A stretch of 64,000 nt of DNA from Desulfatiglandales bacterium. Its GTDB lineage: Bacteria > Desulfobacterota > DSM-4660 > Desulfatiglandales > Desulfatiglandaceae. Shown one piece after another: positions 53,481-62,947 of this stretch (position 1 is the first letter of the stretch; every line of letters starts with the position of its first letter). A program made the position numbers and the translations under genes. The notes beneath the pieces were generated by a model, which worked only from the letters and a program-made list of their open reading frames with translations, was not told the DNA's origin and made no database searches. The DNA lies in assembly GCA_963666345.1 (NCBI GenBank), contig OY762721.1, forward strand, positions 1,856,001 to 1,920,000, written 5' to 3'.

Positions 53481-54845
53481 ATGGAAACAATTCTTATAGT
53501 GGACGACGAAAAAAATTATCTGGTGGTTCTGGAGGCGCTGCTTTCACCGGAAGGATATGAAATACTTACCTGTCAAAACGCCAAAGATGCATTGGAGCTT
53601 ATAAGGAACTCCGATCTTGATCTGGTCATTACGGACATGAAGATGCCCGGCATGAGCGGTATGGAACTGCTGAAAAGCTGCAAAGCCATGAAATCCGAGC
53701 TGCCCGTAATAATAATGACCGCATTCGGTACTATCGAAATGGCGGTTGAGGCGATGAGAGAGCAGGCCTATGATTACATAACCAAGCCGTTTCAAAATGA
53801 AGAACTGAAGCTGACCGTAAAAAAGGCCCTGAAAAACTTCCGCCTTGTAAAGGAAAACATACGGCTCAACGAGGCACTGACCGACAGGTTCAAATATGGG
53901 AATATGGTCGGCAAAAGCTCACCCATGCTCAAGATATACGATATCATCGACAAGGTTGCCCAGTCAAAGGCCTCCGTGCTAATAACCGGACCCTCCGGAA
54001 CCGGAAAGGAACTGATAGCAAAGGCCATTCACTATGGAAGCCCGAGAAAGGATGAACCCTTTATCTCCATAAATTGCGGAGCACTCACGGAGACCCTCCT
54101 TGAAAGTGAGCTGTTCGGCCATGAGAGGGGTGCCTTTACAGGGGCCGTGGCAATGAAAAAGGGGCGGTTTGAAATGGCGGACGGCGGCACCCTGTTTCTT
54201 GACGAGGTGGGTGAAATGCCTCCCCCCCTGCAGGTAAAACTGCTGAGAGTTCTGCAGGAAATGGAATTTGAAAGGGTTGGAGGTACAAGATCGATAAAGG
54301 TTGACGTGCGTGTTCTTTCAGCATCCAACAGAGATATCAAGGACGATGTCTCAAAAGGCGTTTTCCGGGAAGACCTCTTTTACAGGCTTAATGTCATTAA
54401 AATCGACGTGCCCCCTTTATGTGAAAGAACGGATGACCTCCCCCTGCTTGTAAGGCACTTTATTCAGAAATATAAAGAGGAAGGTTCGTCGGAGACATCA
54501 GGATTAAGCCCTGAGGCGTGGAAGGCTATTTATTCATATGGCTGGCCCGGAAACGTCAGGGAGCTTGAAAACGTCATTGAAAGGGCGGTAGTTCTCAACT
54601 CCGGAGGCACCATTTCGGCTGAAGACCTGCCTGATGAACTGACCGGCGCTGAAACCGAATTTGATGTGGACAGATTCGTCCCTGTAAATATACCTCTTCC
54701 TGAAGCACTTGAAAGGATTGAAGAAAAACTGATAAGACGTGCACTTTCCCAAAACAAAAATATACAGGCCCATGCTGCAAGGATGCTCGGAATTACAAAA
54801 AGCCTGATACAGCATAAAATGAAGAAGTACAATATCAATGTTTAG
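53481..54845 (+). CDS. Sigma54-dependent response regulator (NtrC family)
   Basis: REC, GPSGTGKE, GAFTGA, WPGNVREL, HTH. Confidence 0.95.
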   Translation: METILIVDDEKNYLVVLEALLSPEGYEILTCQNAKDALELIRNSDLDLVITDMKMPGMSGMELLKSCKAMKSELPVIIMTAFGTIEMAVEAMREQAYDYITKPFQNEELKLTVKKALKNFRLVKENIRLNEALTDRFKYGNMVGKSSPMLKIYDIIDKVAQSKASVLITGPSGTGKELIAKAIHYGSPRKDEPFISINCGALTETLLESELFGHERGAFTGAVAMKKGRFEMADGGTLFLDEVGEMPPPLQVKLLRVLQEMEFERVGGTRSIKVDVRVLSASNRDIKDDVSKGVFREDLFYRLNVIKIDVPPLCERTDDLPLLVRHFIQKYKEEGSSETSGLSPEAWKAIYSYGWPGNVRELENVIERAVVLNSGGTISAEDLPDELTGAETEFDVDRFVPVNIPLPEALERIEEKLIRRALSQNKNIQAHAARMLGITKSLIQHKMKKYNINV

Positions 54846-54846
54846 C

Positions 54847-54941
54847 GGTTTAAAATATTGTATCCATGTTTTTACTGTAAATTCAAAGCGTTAAACCGAA
54901 ATAGCAATCCATGGGCGATATTGGGTACAATATTTTGTACC
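54847..54941. promoter_or_regulatory. Two candidate enhancer sites
   Basis: GGTACAA-TATT-TTGTACC at 54924-54941; a 15/18 match to its reverse complement (GGTTTAAAATATTGTATC) at 54847-54864. Confidence 0.6.
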
Positions 54942-55037
54942 TTTTATGCCCAGGCAAAAAAGGGTCACGCCTGACATCCTGCTTAAATATTCAATTAATT
55001 CAATAGATTACCAATTTACCGCAAAATAAAGAGGGAT

Positions 55038-55053
55038 TGGCAGGCATATTGCA
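55038..55053 (+). promoter_or_regulatory. Sigma54 promoter
   Basis: TGGCAGGCATATTGCA (GG-N10-GC); IHF-like ATTCAATAGATTA at 54998-55010. Confidence 0.75.
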
Positions 55054-55062
55054 TAATCTATT

Positions 55063-55123
55063 GTCAGTCAAATTACTCTTTCCTCCTAAAAAACCAACCG
55101 TCCTTAAGGGCGGTTGGTTTTTT
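55063..55123 (+). ncRNA. Candidate ~60-nt sigma54-dependent small RNA
   Basis: No credible ORF between promoter and terminator; single-stranded ACUCUUUCCUCCU seed. Confidence 0.55.
55088..55123. terminator. Bidirectional intrinsic terminator
   Basis: AAAAAACCAACCGTCC-TTAA-GGGCGGTTGGTTTTTT. Confidence 0.88.
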
Positions 55124-55192
55124 ATACCCTGCTCCAAAATGCGCCACATGCTGAAGCCGCAAGATTTTATCCAATCGGCCTGTATGCCGGCA

Positions 55193-56077
55193 TCAATAGC
55201 CCAGATTTCGAAGGATCCTCGAATCTCTGCTCCAGTTTCTGGACACTACCACTGTAAGATCAAGAAAGATCCTGCTTCCGAATATCTGTTCAAGCTCCTT
55301 CCTGGCCGAGGTGCCGATCTCCTTTATGTTTTCACCTCTGCGGCCGATAAATATCTTCTTCTGAGACTCCGTTTCCACATGTATGCGTGCCTTAATTGAA
55401 ACAAGGTTTCTTTCAGATGCCTCGCCAATGGTATCAACAGTCACGGCGGATGAGTAGGGAAGCTCTTTTTTCATTCGCAGATAGATCTTTTCTCTTATGA
55501 TTTCAGAGACCATAAAGGACTCGGACTGATCGGTTTCCATATCAGGGGGGAAAAACTGAGGTCCCTTGTCAAGTCTTGACCTCAATTCATCAACAACGGC
55601 GTCAATACCCTCTCCATTCAAAGCGGACACAGGCAAAAAGGCCTCAAAAGGAAATTTACCCCTGTAGTGATCAATAATAGGGAGGAGTGCCTCTTTCGGC
55701 CTGATATCGATCTTGTTGATAACCAGAAGGCAGGGCTTTTTCAGGTCACGCATCCTCCTTAAAATATTGGATGATTCCTGATCAAAGGCCTTTTGGGTTT
55801 CTATCATAAGAAGGAGGATATCGACCTCATTGAACGCGGCGTATGAGGACTCCACCATGCTTTTGTGGAGAGCCGTCCTGGGCCTGTGGATACCGGGGGT
55901 ATCCACGAATACGATCTGGGAATTCTCCCCGTTCAAGATCCCCATTATCCTGTTGCGGGTAGTCTGCGGCCTGGCAGAGACAATCGCAAGCTTTGCGCCT
56001 GTAATTCGGTTTAAAAGCGTCGATTTACCTACATTAGGCGCCCCGAATATGCCGACGAAACCGGAATAAAAGCTCAT
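55193..56077 (-). CDS. era: GTPase Era
   Basis: GAPNVGKS, PQTTR, DTPG, NKID, KH domain; ATG overlaps upstream TGA. Confidence 0.95.
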   Translation of the reverse strand: MSFYSGFVGIFGAPNVGKSTLLNRITGAKLAIVSARPQTTRNRIMGILNGENSQIVFVDTPGIHRPRTALHKSMVESSYAAFNEVDILLLMIETQKAFDQESSNILRRMRDLKKPCLLVINKIDIRPKEALLPIIDHYRGKFPFEAFLPVSALNGEGIDAVVDELRSRLDKGPQFFPPDMETDQSESFMVSEIIREKIYLRMKKELPYSSAVTVDTIGEASERNLVSIKARIHVETESQKKIFIGRRGENIKEIGTSARKELEQIFGSRIFLDLTVVVSRNWSRDSRILRNLGY

Positions 56078-57108
56078 AAGCACTCCACCCTGATCGTTCC
56101 CCGGCTGATGGCGGACCCCTCTCTTACATCCGAGACCCTGGCCCCGCTTTTCATCTCTATCCATTTCATCCCCTCGTTTTTGTAGCCTCTGATAAGCGGG
56201 ATGTCTCTCTTGTTTGCATATATCATAATCTCCGAAGCCTTGCCCGGCCCGGGAAGGGACCCGGCCATTCTTACGCGGAATATCTCAGACCTTACCAAAA
56301 ACCCGAAGGCGCAATGCCAGGGGCCTCCCAATATCTGGCCCTTTTCCAGTAGGGATGGGGAACTCATCAGTCCTATCCTTATGACAGGGATCCCTTCCGC
56401 CTCAATTCGCATGCACGCCTTTGAGCAGAGATCGACCGCCTCTTTCAGCTCAAGAGGTTTATACCTTCCGTTTTCATACCATTCAGCCATTTCAGTCCCC
56501 TTTATCACAAGGGCCGGGTAGATCCTTACCATATCAGGTTTAAGAGCGACAACCTTTTCCACCGTCTCGAAAAAGCCTTCGGCACTGTCACCGGGAAGAC
56601 CGGGCATAAGCTGCATCCCGACCCTGAAACCGGCGTCTTTGAGTTTCTCAAACGCATTGATTGTATCAGAGGAACCATGCCCCCGGTTGGTAAGGCTCAA
56701 CACCTTGTCGTCCATAGACTGCACACCCAGTTCCACTGTCTCGACATGATAGTACTTGAGCGTGTCAAGACGTCTGTCCGCAAGCGCGTCCGGCCGTGTC
56801 GAAACACGAATCGTTTTAAAAAGGCCTTGCCTTATATAAGGTTCGGTAGCATTTAGCAGTTCCGTCATTTTGTCAAAAGGCAGTCGTGTGAAGGTGCCGC
56901 CGTAAAAGGCGATCTCCGGATTTCGCTCGGGATCAAAGCCCCTGGAGGCAACGGCCGTGTCCAGGGTTTTCCTCACATCCTGAGCACTCACGGCCCCTGC
57001 CGACCGGGATGTAATCCGCTCCTGTTCACAGAAGATACAGCGATGCGGACAGCCATGATGGGGGATAAAAATGGGAACTATAAACGGTTTCAAATCTCTT
57101 TCAGACAA
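56074..57108 (-). CDS. Elp3/YhcC-like radical SAM protein
   Basis: CPHRCIFC, FYGGTFT, STRPD, ELGVQS. Confidence 0.88.
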   Translation of the reverse strand: MSERDLKPFIVPIFIPHHGCPHRCIFCEQERITSRSAGAVSAQDVRKTLDTAVASRGFDPERNPEIAFYGGTFTRLPFDKMTELLNATEPYIRQGLFKTIRVSTRPDALADRRLDTLKYYHVETVELGVQSMDDKVLSLTNRGHGSSDTINAFEKLKDAGFRVGMQLMPGLPGDSAEGFFETVEKVVALKPDMVRIYPALVIKGTEMAEWYENGRYKPLELKEAVDLCSKACMRIEAEGIPVIRIGLMSSPSLLEKGQILGGPWHCAFGFLVRSEIFRVRMAGSLPGPGKASEIMIYANKRDIPLIRGYKNEGMKWIEMKSGARVSDVREGSAISRGTIRVECL

Positions 57109-57782
57109 AAATACGCAGTTTCCGCTGCCTTTTGTTCTGCCTCCTTTTTACTCTTGCCCTCACCTTCCGAAATAATGTCATCGTTTATGCTGAGGGCGAT
57201 CTTGAATCTCCTGTCATGCGCGGGCCCGGTTTCCTCAAGCAATCTGTATCTTGGAAGCACCTTGTAGAGCTGCTGTGTATGCTCCTGAAGGAGGCTTTTG
57301 AAATCACGGCCTGTCTTTGCCTTTCCAAGGGCCTTCAACTGTGTGGAAAACAATCTGCCGATTATCTCAAGGGTCCGCTCAAACCCGGCATCAAGGTATA
57401 TGGCACCCAAAAGGGCCTCCACGGTATCCGAGAGTATAGAAGGTTTTTCCCTTCCCCGGCTCCTCTCCTCCCCCTTGCCCAGCATCAGAAATTCACCCAG
57501 GTTCAAAGATTCCGCAATTACGTACAGACCTGCCTCATCCACAATCATTGCCCGGAATTTTGACAGCACCCCTTCCTCGGCATCATTGAAAAGTTCCATC
57601 AGGATATGACTCACACCCAGATCCAGCACCGCATCACCGAGAAACTCCAGCCGCTCGTTGTCCTTGAGAGCTGAATCTGGTTGTTCATTTACATAGGATG
57701 AGTGCCTGAAGGCCTGCCCAAGCAGATCCATATCCCTGAATTTGTAGCCAAGCCTTTCACTTAGTTCATTAAATTTTTCCAT
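57090..57782 (-). CDS. rnc: Ribonuclease III
   Basis: NERLEFLGDAVL, dsRBD KSKKEAEQ. Confidence 0.96.
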   Translation of the reverse strand: MEKFNELSERLGYKFRDMDLLGQAFRHSSYVNEQPDSALKDNERLEFLGDAVLDLGVSHILMELFNDAEEGVLSKFRAMIVDEAGLYVIAESLNLGEFLMLGKGEERSRGREKPSILSDTVEALLGAIYLDAGFERTLEIIGRLFSTQLKALGKAKTGRDFKSLLQEHTQQLYKVLPRYRLLEETGPAHDRRFKIALSINDDIISEGEGKSKKEAEQKAAETAYFCLKEI

Positions 57783-57960
57783 ATCAATTTTCTTGATTTA
57801 AAGGGGCATTGTCTTGGCCCATATGATTTTATTGACCTTTTGCCCTGTCAGCTTTCCTAAATTCTGATTAAAAGTGCCGGTTCTGAATAATATGAATTCT
57901 CCTCTCCTTTTTCAAGAAAAGATAGGAAAAGAATTCAAAGGGCCTCAGCCGCCCAGACGT

Positions 57961-58323
57961 GCAGCGTTATTGGTTATTGGTTATTGGTTATACGTTATAC
58001 GGAAAAACCGGGAATACACCCTGTCCAGCCTTTTATACCTTTGTTTGTTTACGCGCAAGCGCAGGCGCCGCGGCTCTTTTTCCGGCCTTATCTCACAAAA
58101 AATACCACAGGAACATGCAGTGGCCGCAGACCGCGCTTTCTTCCCGGGAGCCCTATCAGCTTAGGTAATGCATACAAAAGCCCGGGGATGCGGCCACTTT
58201 TCCGTAAGGAATAGAGAAGGCCGGAGAAAGAGTGCCGGTGCCTGTGCACACCGGCTACAGATGCGCGAAAAGAAAAAAGGGGCATGGTTATTTGTTATTC
58301 GTTATACGAAAAAACCGGGAATA
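57961..58323 (+). repeat. Repeat family A, one unit flanked by directly repeated linker (period 307 bp)
   Basis: GTTATACG-[G/A]AAAAACCGGGAATA at 57994 and 58301; (GTTATTG)3 microrepeat. Confidence 0.92.
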
Positions 58324-58413
58324 TGAAAGGCAGACATAAGGGCCGGGCAAAGAGGCTTTCTTTACTTGACTAATCACATTTTTTTTGCTAAGGCTTCACG
58401 TTCTCCATAAGGG

Positions 58414-58971
58414 GTGAAAAATATGCAGAAGAATATCATTCTCACGCAGCAGGGTATTTCAGATATAATTGATCGGATAGCCGAAGAGATATCAGGAAAA
58501 GGCCGCCCCATTGAAAGTCTTGTCCTGATAGGCATCCGTACCGGGGGGGCATATCTGGCCGCCAGGCTTCAGCACGCCCTTTCGACCCTATCGGGTGAAA
58601 CACCTGGCCTCGGCATCCTTGACATAACGCTCTACAGGGATGACTGGACAAGGATAGGTCCCATGCCTGTAGTAAAAAAGACGGAGATCCCATTTTCCGT
58701 CAACGATAAAACGGTCATCCTTGTCGATGATGTCCTGTTCACCGGTCGTACTGTTCGCGCCGCAATAGATGCCCTGATCGACTACGGCAGACCGAAAAAG
58801 ATAGAGCTGGCCGTTTTGGTTGACAGGGGCGTTTCCTTTCGTGAACTTCCGATTATGGCCGATTATGTGGGCGGCCACTGGGACACATCCCCAAAAGAGA
58901 CAATAAACGTCTACCTGAATGAGCAAGGTTTCAAGGACCACGCGGCAATAGAGGGTAAAAAGGCCGCCTGA
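58414..58971 (+). CDS. pyrR: PyrR pyrimidine regulator / uracil phosphoribosyltransferase
   Basis: [37 protein letters not shown]. Confidence 0.93.
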   Translation: MKNMQKNIILTQQGISDIIDRIAEEISGKGRPIESLVLIGIRTGGAYLAARLQHALSTLSGETPGLGILDITLYRDDWTRIGPMPVVKKTEIPFSVNDKTVILVDDVLFTGRTVRAAIDALIDYGRPKKIELAVLVDRGVSFRELPIMADYVGGHWDTSPKETINVYLNEQGFKDHAAIEGKKAA

Positions 58972-59062
58972 GCGTACCCACTTATGGGAAAAGGCTCCTG
59001 CCATTCACTTAAATCGCTTTAAAACACTCATAAAAATTAAAACATCCCGAAATGGGGGGTTT

Positions 59063-59455
59063 ATGACCGGTTCCTTTTCAGTTAAAACCGATGCAAGAAC
59101 AGCTATGAAGGATATCACCTCCCTGATTCGCGATGAAATCGAAAAATCAGGGGTGAAAGAGGGGATTTGCATTGCCTATGTGCCTCACACAACCGCCGGC
59201 ATAACAATAAATGAGGGAGCCGATCCGTCTGTGTGTCACGATATTATCGCGGCGCTTGACAAACTGGTGCCTCAGAATGCCGGCTACAGGCATCTTGAAG
59301 GAAATTCCGACAGCCATATAAAGACCGGCATTGTGGGAAACTCTGTGACGGTGATAATCCAAAAGGGCGGGCCGGTTTTGGGGACATGGCAGAGGATCTT
59401 TTTATGTGAGTTCGACGGACCCAGGACCAGAAAGGTAATCGTCAGGATTCAGTAG
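59063..59455 (+). CDS. yjbQ: YjbQ (UPF0047) family protein
   Basis: [33 protein letters not shown]. Confidence 0.92.
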   Translation: MTGSFSVKTDARTAMKDITSLIRDEIEKSGVKEGICIAYVPHTTAGITINEGADPSVCHDIIAALDKLVPQNAGYRHLEGNSDSHIKTGIVGNSVTVIIQKGGPVLGTWQRIFLCEFDGPRTRKVIVRIQ

Positions 59456-59466
59456 GAAAGCGAAAA

Positions 59467-60324
59467 TCAGATCAGTCTAACCGCCCCTGGGTCAAGACCG
59501 GAATCCTTTAACCAGCCCCTGACAGAATCATATAAAAGCTTATAATATCTTTCTATCCCCCCGAATCCGCGTCTTCCAAAATAGTAGTTGATCTCCAGGA
59601 AAAATGCCTGGGGATCTTTCAGCTCAACGGAAAAGACAAGATCTATCGCGGCAAGATTTATCCCTGTCTTTTCAGACAATATCCTGACCTCGTTTTCACC
59701 CTTTTTTTGCAGCTCCGGTTTCCAGAGGTAATCTATCTTTGCGCCACTACTGATGGTTGTGACCCTCTGCTCCTGAAAGCCGGGTTTTTTCCAGTAGGTA
59801 AAAAGCCTTTTGCCGATAATCACAACCCTTAAGACATTTCCCCCTGAAGGGATATATTCCTGCCACAGAAAACCGGAGGAGCGGCTCTTGTCCATCCGGG
59901 AAAGACGGCTTATGGCCCTTTCAAAAGACTCTTCGCCACGGACCAGGAAGACCCCCTTTCCCTCATGGGCCAAATCGGCCTTCAGATAAAAGGGCATAGC
60001 TGAGTTACCCGGCATGCCTTTCCGGAAATAGACCTCGACATCCTCCAAGGATGCCCATGCTCGGCTCACCGGATGCGGCAGATTGTAATCAATAAAAAGA
60101 CGGTTTTGTCCAACTTTACCGGGATAGACAAAGCGCAGGTCATAGTTCGGGAATATCTTGTCGCAGTACCTTTTGCAGATTTCGTATAGAGGCCTCCTGC
60201 TTTCCTGAGGAAGGATGATCGCGTCCGCCTCCTTGATAAGTTCAATATGCCTGGAGGAAAGAGGTTTGTCTCCAAGCAAGTCGGATTCATCGGCTTCAAT
60301 ACATGGGTGAAAAGAAAGAATCAT
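59467..60324 (-). CDS. RimK-like ATP-grasp protein
   Basis: LK...HEGKGVF, WQEYIP, LRVVIIG, AIDL, FLEIN. Confidence 0.8.
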   Translation of the reverse strand: MILSFHPCIEADESDLLGDKPLSSRHIELIKEADAIILPQESRRPLYEICKRYCDKIFPNYDLRFVYPGKVGQNRLFIDYNLPHPVSRAWASLEDVEVYFRKGMPGNSAMPFYLKADLAHEGKGVFLVRGEESFERAISRLSRMDKSRSSGFLWQEYIPSGGNVLRVVIIGKRLFTYWKKPGFQEQRVTTISSGAKIDYLWKPELQKKGENEVRILSEKTGINLAAIDLVFSVELKDPQAFFLEINYYFGRRGFGGIERYYKLLYDSVRGWLKDSGLDPGAVRLI

Positions 60325-60347
60325 CGGTATGGGCCATTAAAATATGA

Positions 60348-60738
60348 GGATCATCTCCCGATTAGTTGGTGTTAAACAGGGCTAAATAAAGAAATCCTTC
60401 TTATTTAAGCGGCTGAGACCTCGTAGGATTCTTCGCCCTCGCTTGCGCTTTGCTCAGTCCCACTGCTTCGTAGCGGGTTCCCGGTTTCGAGGATTCGAGG
60501 ATTCAAGTGCTCCATTGAAACGGCGGATAACACCGCTAAAGCATAACAAAGAGTTAAAGCTGTTGCAGAAATCCTACGAACGCGTTTCAGGTATATAGAA
60601 TAAATGAAAAATTCTCAAATAACATAAGGTACACGGAGATCAATAAATTGTTAAAAATGCTGACAAAGCCCTTAGAAAACAAACCCTTGAACCCTTGGGT
60701 CCTTGGACCCTCTTCGCCAACTAAGTTGGAGAAGAACC
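60348..60738. mobile_element. 391-bp non-autonomous ISL3-like element (MITE)
   Basis: TIRs GGATCATCTCCCGATTAGTTGG / rc GGTTCTTCTCCAACTTAGTTGG (17/22); 8-bp TSD AAATATGA at 60340-60347 and 60739-60746. Confidence 0.8.
60533..60699 (+). pseudogene. Internally deleted four-helix-bundle (23S rRNA IVP-like) gene remnant
   Basis: LKHNKELKLLQKSYE (N-terminal-like) and EINKLLKMLTKPLENKPLNP (C-terminal-like) fragments; no start codon. Confidence 0.55.
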
Positions 60739-61074
60739 AAATATGAGGACCTTGTGAACCGGGATTTTACCATCCGATTACAGCCCCTTAGACCGCGGCT
60801 CCGGCATGCCCCTCCGAGCACCGGCAAGATGCCGGATTAAAGATACCGGGACGTTACAAGAACGCCTTATGATCTGAAGCGCGCAGATGACCTCTGGTGA
60901 ACCAAAATGAGCCACAATTATTTGACTTTACCAATCCCAGATACTATATTTTCCAGATTGTAAATTCCATGAAAATCAACGATATATCCAAAATCCACCC
61001 ATGGCCTGAATACCGCAGAGCATATCTTTATGGTGGATCAGGGTAATGATACCCTATTATGAAGGAGCTGTTCA

Positions 61075-61320
61075 ATGCCTATATATGAATTCAGGTGTCT
61101 CAAATGCGGGCATCTTTTTGAAAAATTATTCGTGAGTTCAGATGAAGCCGCTGAAGTAACTTGTCCTGAGTGCGCATCCGATTCTTTTGAAAGGGTCGTA
61201 AGCAGGACGAATTACGCCATGGGAGTTGGAAAGGCCGGAAAACAACCGAAACTGACATCCAAATCATGCGGCCCTTCAGATAAATGCATGACCCTTGAGC
61301 TGCCCGGTCCGGCAAAATAG
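61075..61320 (+). CDS. FmdB-family zinc-ribbon protein
   Basis: [12 protein letters not shown]...CPEC. Confidence 0.9.
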   Translation: MPIYEFRCLKCGHLFEKLFVSSDEAAEVTCPECASDSFERVVSRTNYAMGVGKAGKQPKLTSKSCGPSDKCMTLELPGPAK

Positions 61321-61379
61321 TCCGCTCACCGTTTAAGTCTTGAAAAATCTCATATCCATGAATTCTTAAACAGTCGAAG

Positions 61380-61643
61380 TTGAAGAATAGATCTGAAAAA
61401 GACATGACTCCCAAGATTTCTCCCTATACACTGGATCAAGATCAGAGGATTCACATATCCCTGGTATTTGAACAAGAGGTGGTCCCCAGGCTCAAAATAA
61501 GGAATGCAAGGACCGGGGCGCTCTGCTGTGATTTTGCCGGAAAACAGTACGGTAACTGGCTCCTTTTCTTCAGGTCCAGGGGATACGGTTTCGAGATTAC
61601 CGATTTCGAATATGACGAAGATGCATCAGGATTAAACCTTTAA
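61380..61643 (+). CDS. Hypothetical protein
   Basis: 87-aa ORF co-oriented within the cluster; start uncertain. Confidence 0.55.
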   Translation: MKNRSEKDMTPKISPYTLDQDQRIHISLVFEQEVVPRLKIRNARTGALCCDFAGKQYGNWLLFFRSRGYGFEITDFEYDEDASGLNL

Positions 61644-61738
61644 AAGGCTTTGAAAAAAGGGCATTAAACATGATGCGTTGATGAGAAATCAGATGTGAGA
61701 CGGCAAGGCAAAAAGTTCTCCCGGCCCAGGCGGTTCAG

Positions 61739-62929
61739 TTGAACACTTTACAAGGCCGCCCGATACAACCAAACAGAGATACAGGGGTAAAAAAATTGAA
61801 AGGCAAAACTGGGATTAGTGACGAAAGACTCGGAAGATACACGGTGGAAAGGCCTAAATGCCCCTTCTGCGGTCTGGAAATTGAAAGACCTAAGGAACTG
61901 GACAGCAGGATGCCGGGAGAGATGCCTGTGGGCAGGTGCAGCTGCGGCGCGGTATACGCGGCCGATGAGGCCGGGCACAGCCTCGGCATAGCCCAGCTTG
62001 ACGCCCTTTTGATAAGCTGCAACATGGACGCGGATCTTGCATGGGGACTCATCCCTGAAGATGATTACATAGAAAAGATCGTTGAAAAATACGATTTTGT
62101 TAAGCACCTTATCGTCCCGGGCGGCGTACTCGAAGGCAGAAGGATAAGAGGAGCGCTCTTCTTCATACGGCTTCATGACGATGTGCAGGAAGTGACATCC
62201 GAAGGAGTAAAAAAGAGGATCAAGGATTCAGGAAACAAAAGAGCGGAAAGGCCTTATAAGAGAGTATCCGGGGGATCTCTTTCAAAATCCGACATAGAAG
62301 AGCTTGTATCTAAATTTGATTTAGGCCCGATCCTTGAGTCAGCCCCGGCCGACAGGAAGATAATCAAAAATCTCCAGAGGCTGCTTTATTCCGGAGACGA
62401 TCTTTACAGAAAAAGGGCGGCAGACGCCCTCGGTCAGGTGGCATCCATTATCGCGGAAGAGGACCCCGGTACCATTTCAAAGCTTTTGCAGCGCCTGCTG
62501 ACCGCACTTGCCGACACCGCGGCCTTTACTTGGGGGGCCTTTGAGGCCGTGGGAGAAATCATAAGCAGAAGACCTGAGCTTTTTTCAGGTTACATCCCCT
62601 ATCTGTATGAGTATCTTCAGCAGGATACGAACAGGGGTCCTGCCGTTGACAGTCTGTCCAGGATCGCGCGTAAGAGCCCCCAATTGCTGAAAAAGGTGAC
62701 CTTTCGTTTTATATCCTTTCTAAAAGACCCTGACCCCCTTGTGCGTGGATATTCCACCAGGATTCTTGGAAGCCTTGGCGCGGCTGAGGCGGAAAAGGAG
62801 ATACGGAATCTCATCGAGGATCAGAACATGGTCCCGATCTACGAAAACGGTCGGATTCAGGAGATAAAGATCGGTCAGATCGCCTTTGAGGCACTTGAAA
62901 AAATCGGCCGTAAAGCAAAAGACGTCTGA
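61739..62929 (+). CDS. DVU0298-like HEAT-repeat protein with N-terminal Zn-binding domain
   Basis: CPFCG...CSCG; LQRLL...WGAFEAVGEI; C-terminus similar to 14565-15266; start uncertain. Confidence 0.75.
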   Translation: MNTLQGRPIQPNRDTGVKKLKGKTGISDERLGRYTVERPKCPFCGLEIERPKELDSRMPGEMPVGRCSCGAVYAADEAGHSLGIAQLDALLISCNMDADLAWGLIPEDDYIEKIVEKYDFVKHLIVPGGVLEGRRIRGALFFIRLHDDVQEVTSEGVKKRIKDSGNKRAERPYKRVSGGSLSKSDIEELVSKFDLGPILESAPADRKIIKNLQRLLYSGDDLYRKRAADALGQVASIIAEEDPGTISKLLQRLLTALADTAAFTWGAFEAVGEIISRRPELFSGYIPYLYEYLQQDTNRGPAVDSLSRIARKSPQLLKKVTFRFISFLKDPDPLVRGYSTRILGSLGAAEAEKEIRNLIEDQNMVPIYENGRIQEIKIGQIAFEALEKIGRKAKDV

Positions 62930-62947
62930 AGACTAAGAATCAATAAT

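Noticed and set aside
19668..58285. Short ORFs in family A copies (SHKKIPQEDAVAADRAF...)
   Set aside because: Starts, stops and frames differ between copies; variation preserves base pairing rather than codons
58325..58413. PyrR-binding attenuator upstream of pyrR
   Set aside because: No ARUCCAGAGAGGY-like loop or terminator; no pyr genes follow
60747..60915. 6S RNA or a gene interrupted by the MITE
   Set aside because: No recognisable 6S features or context; only a 45-codon ORF with no recognisable motif
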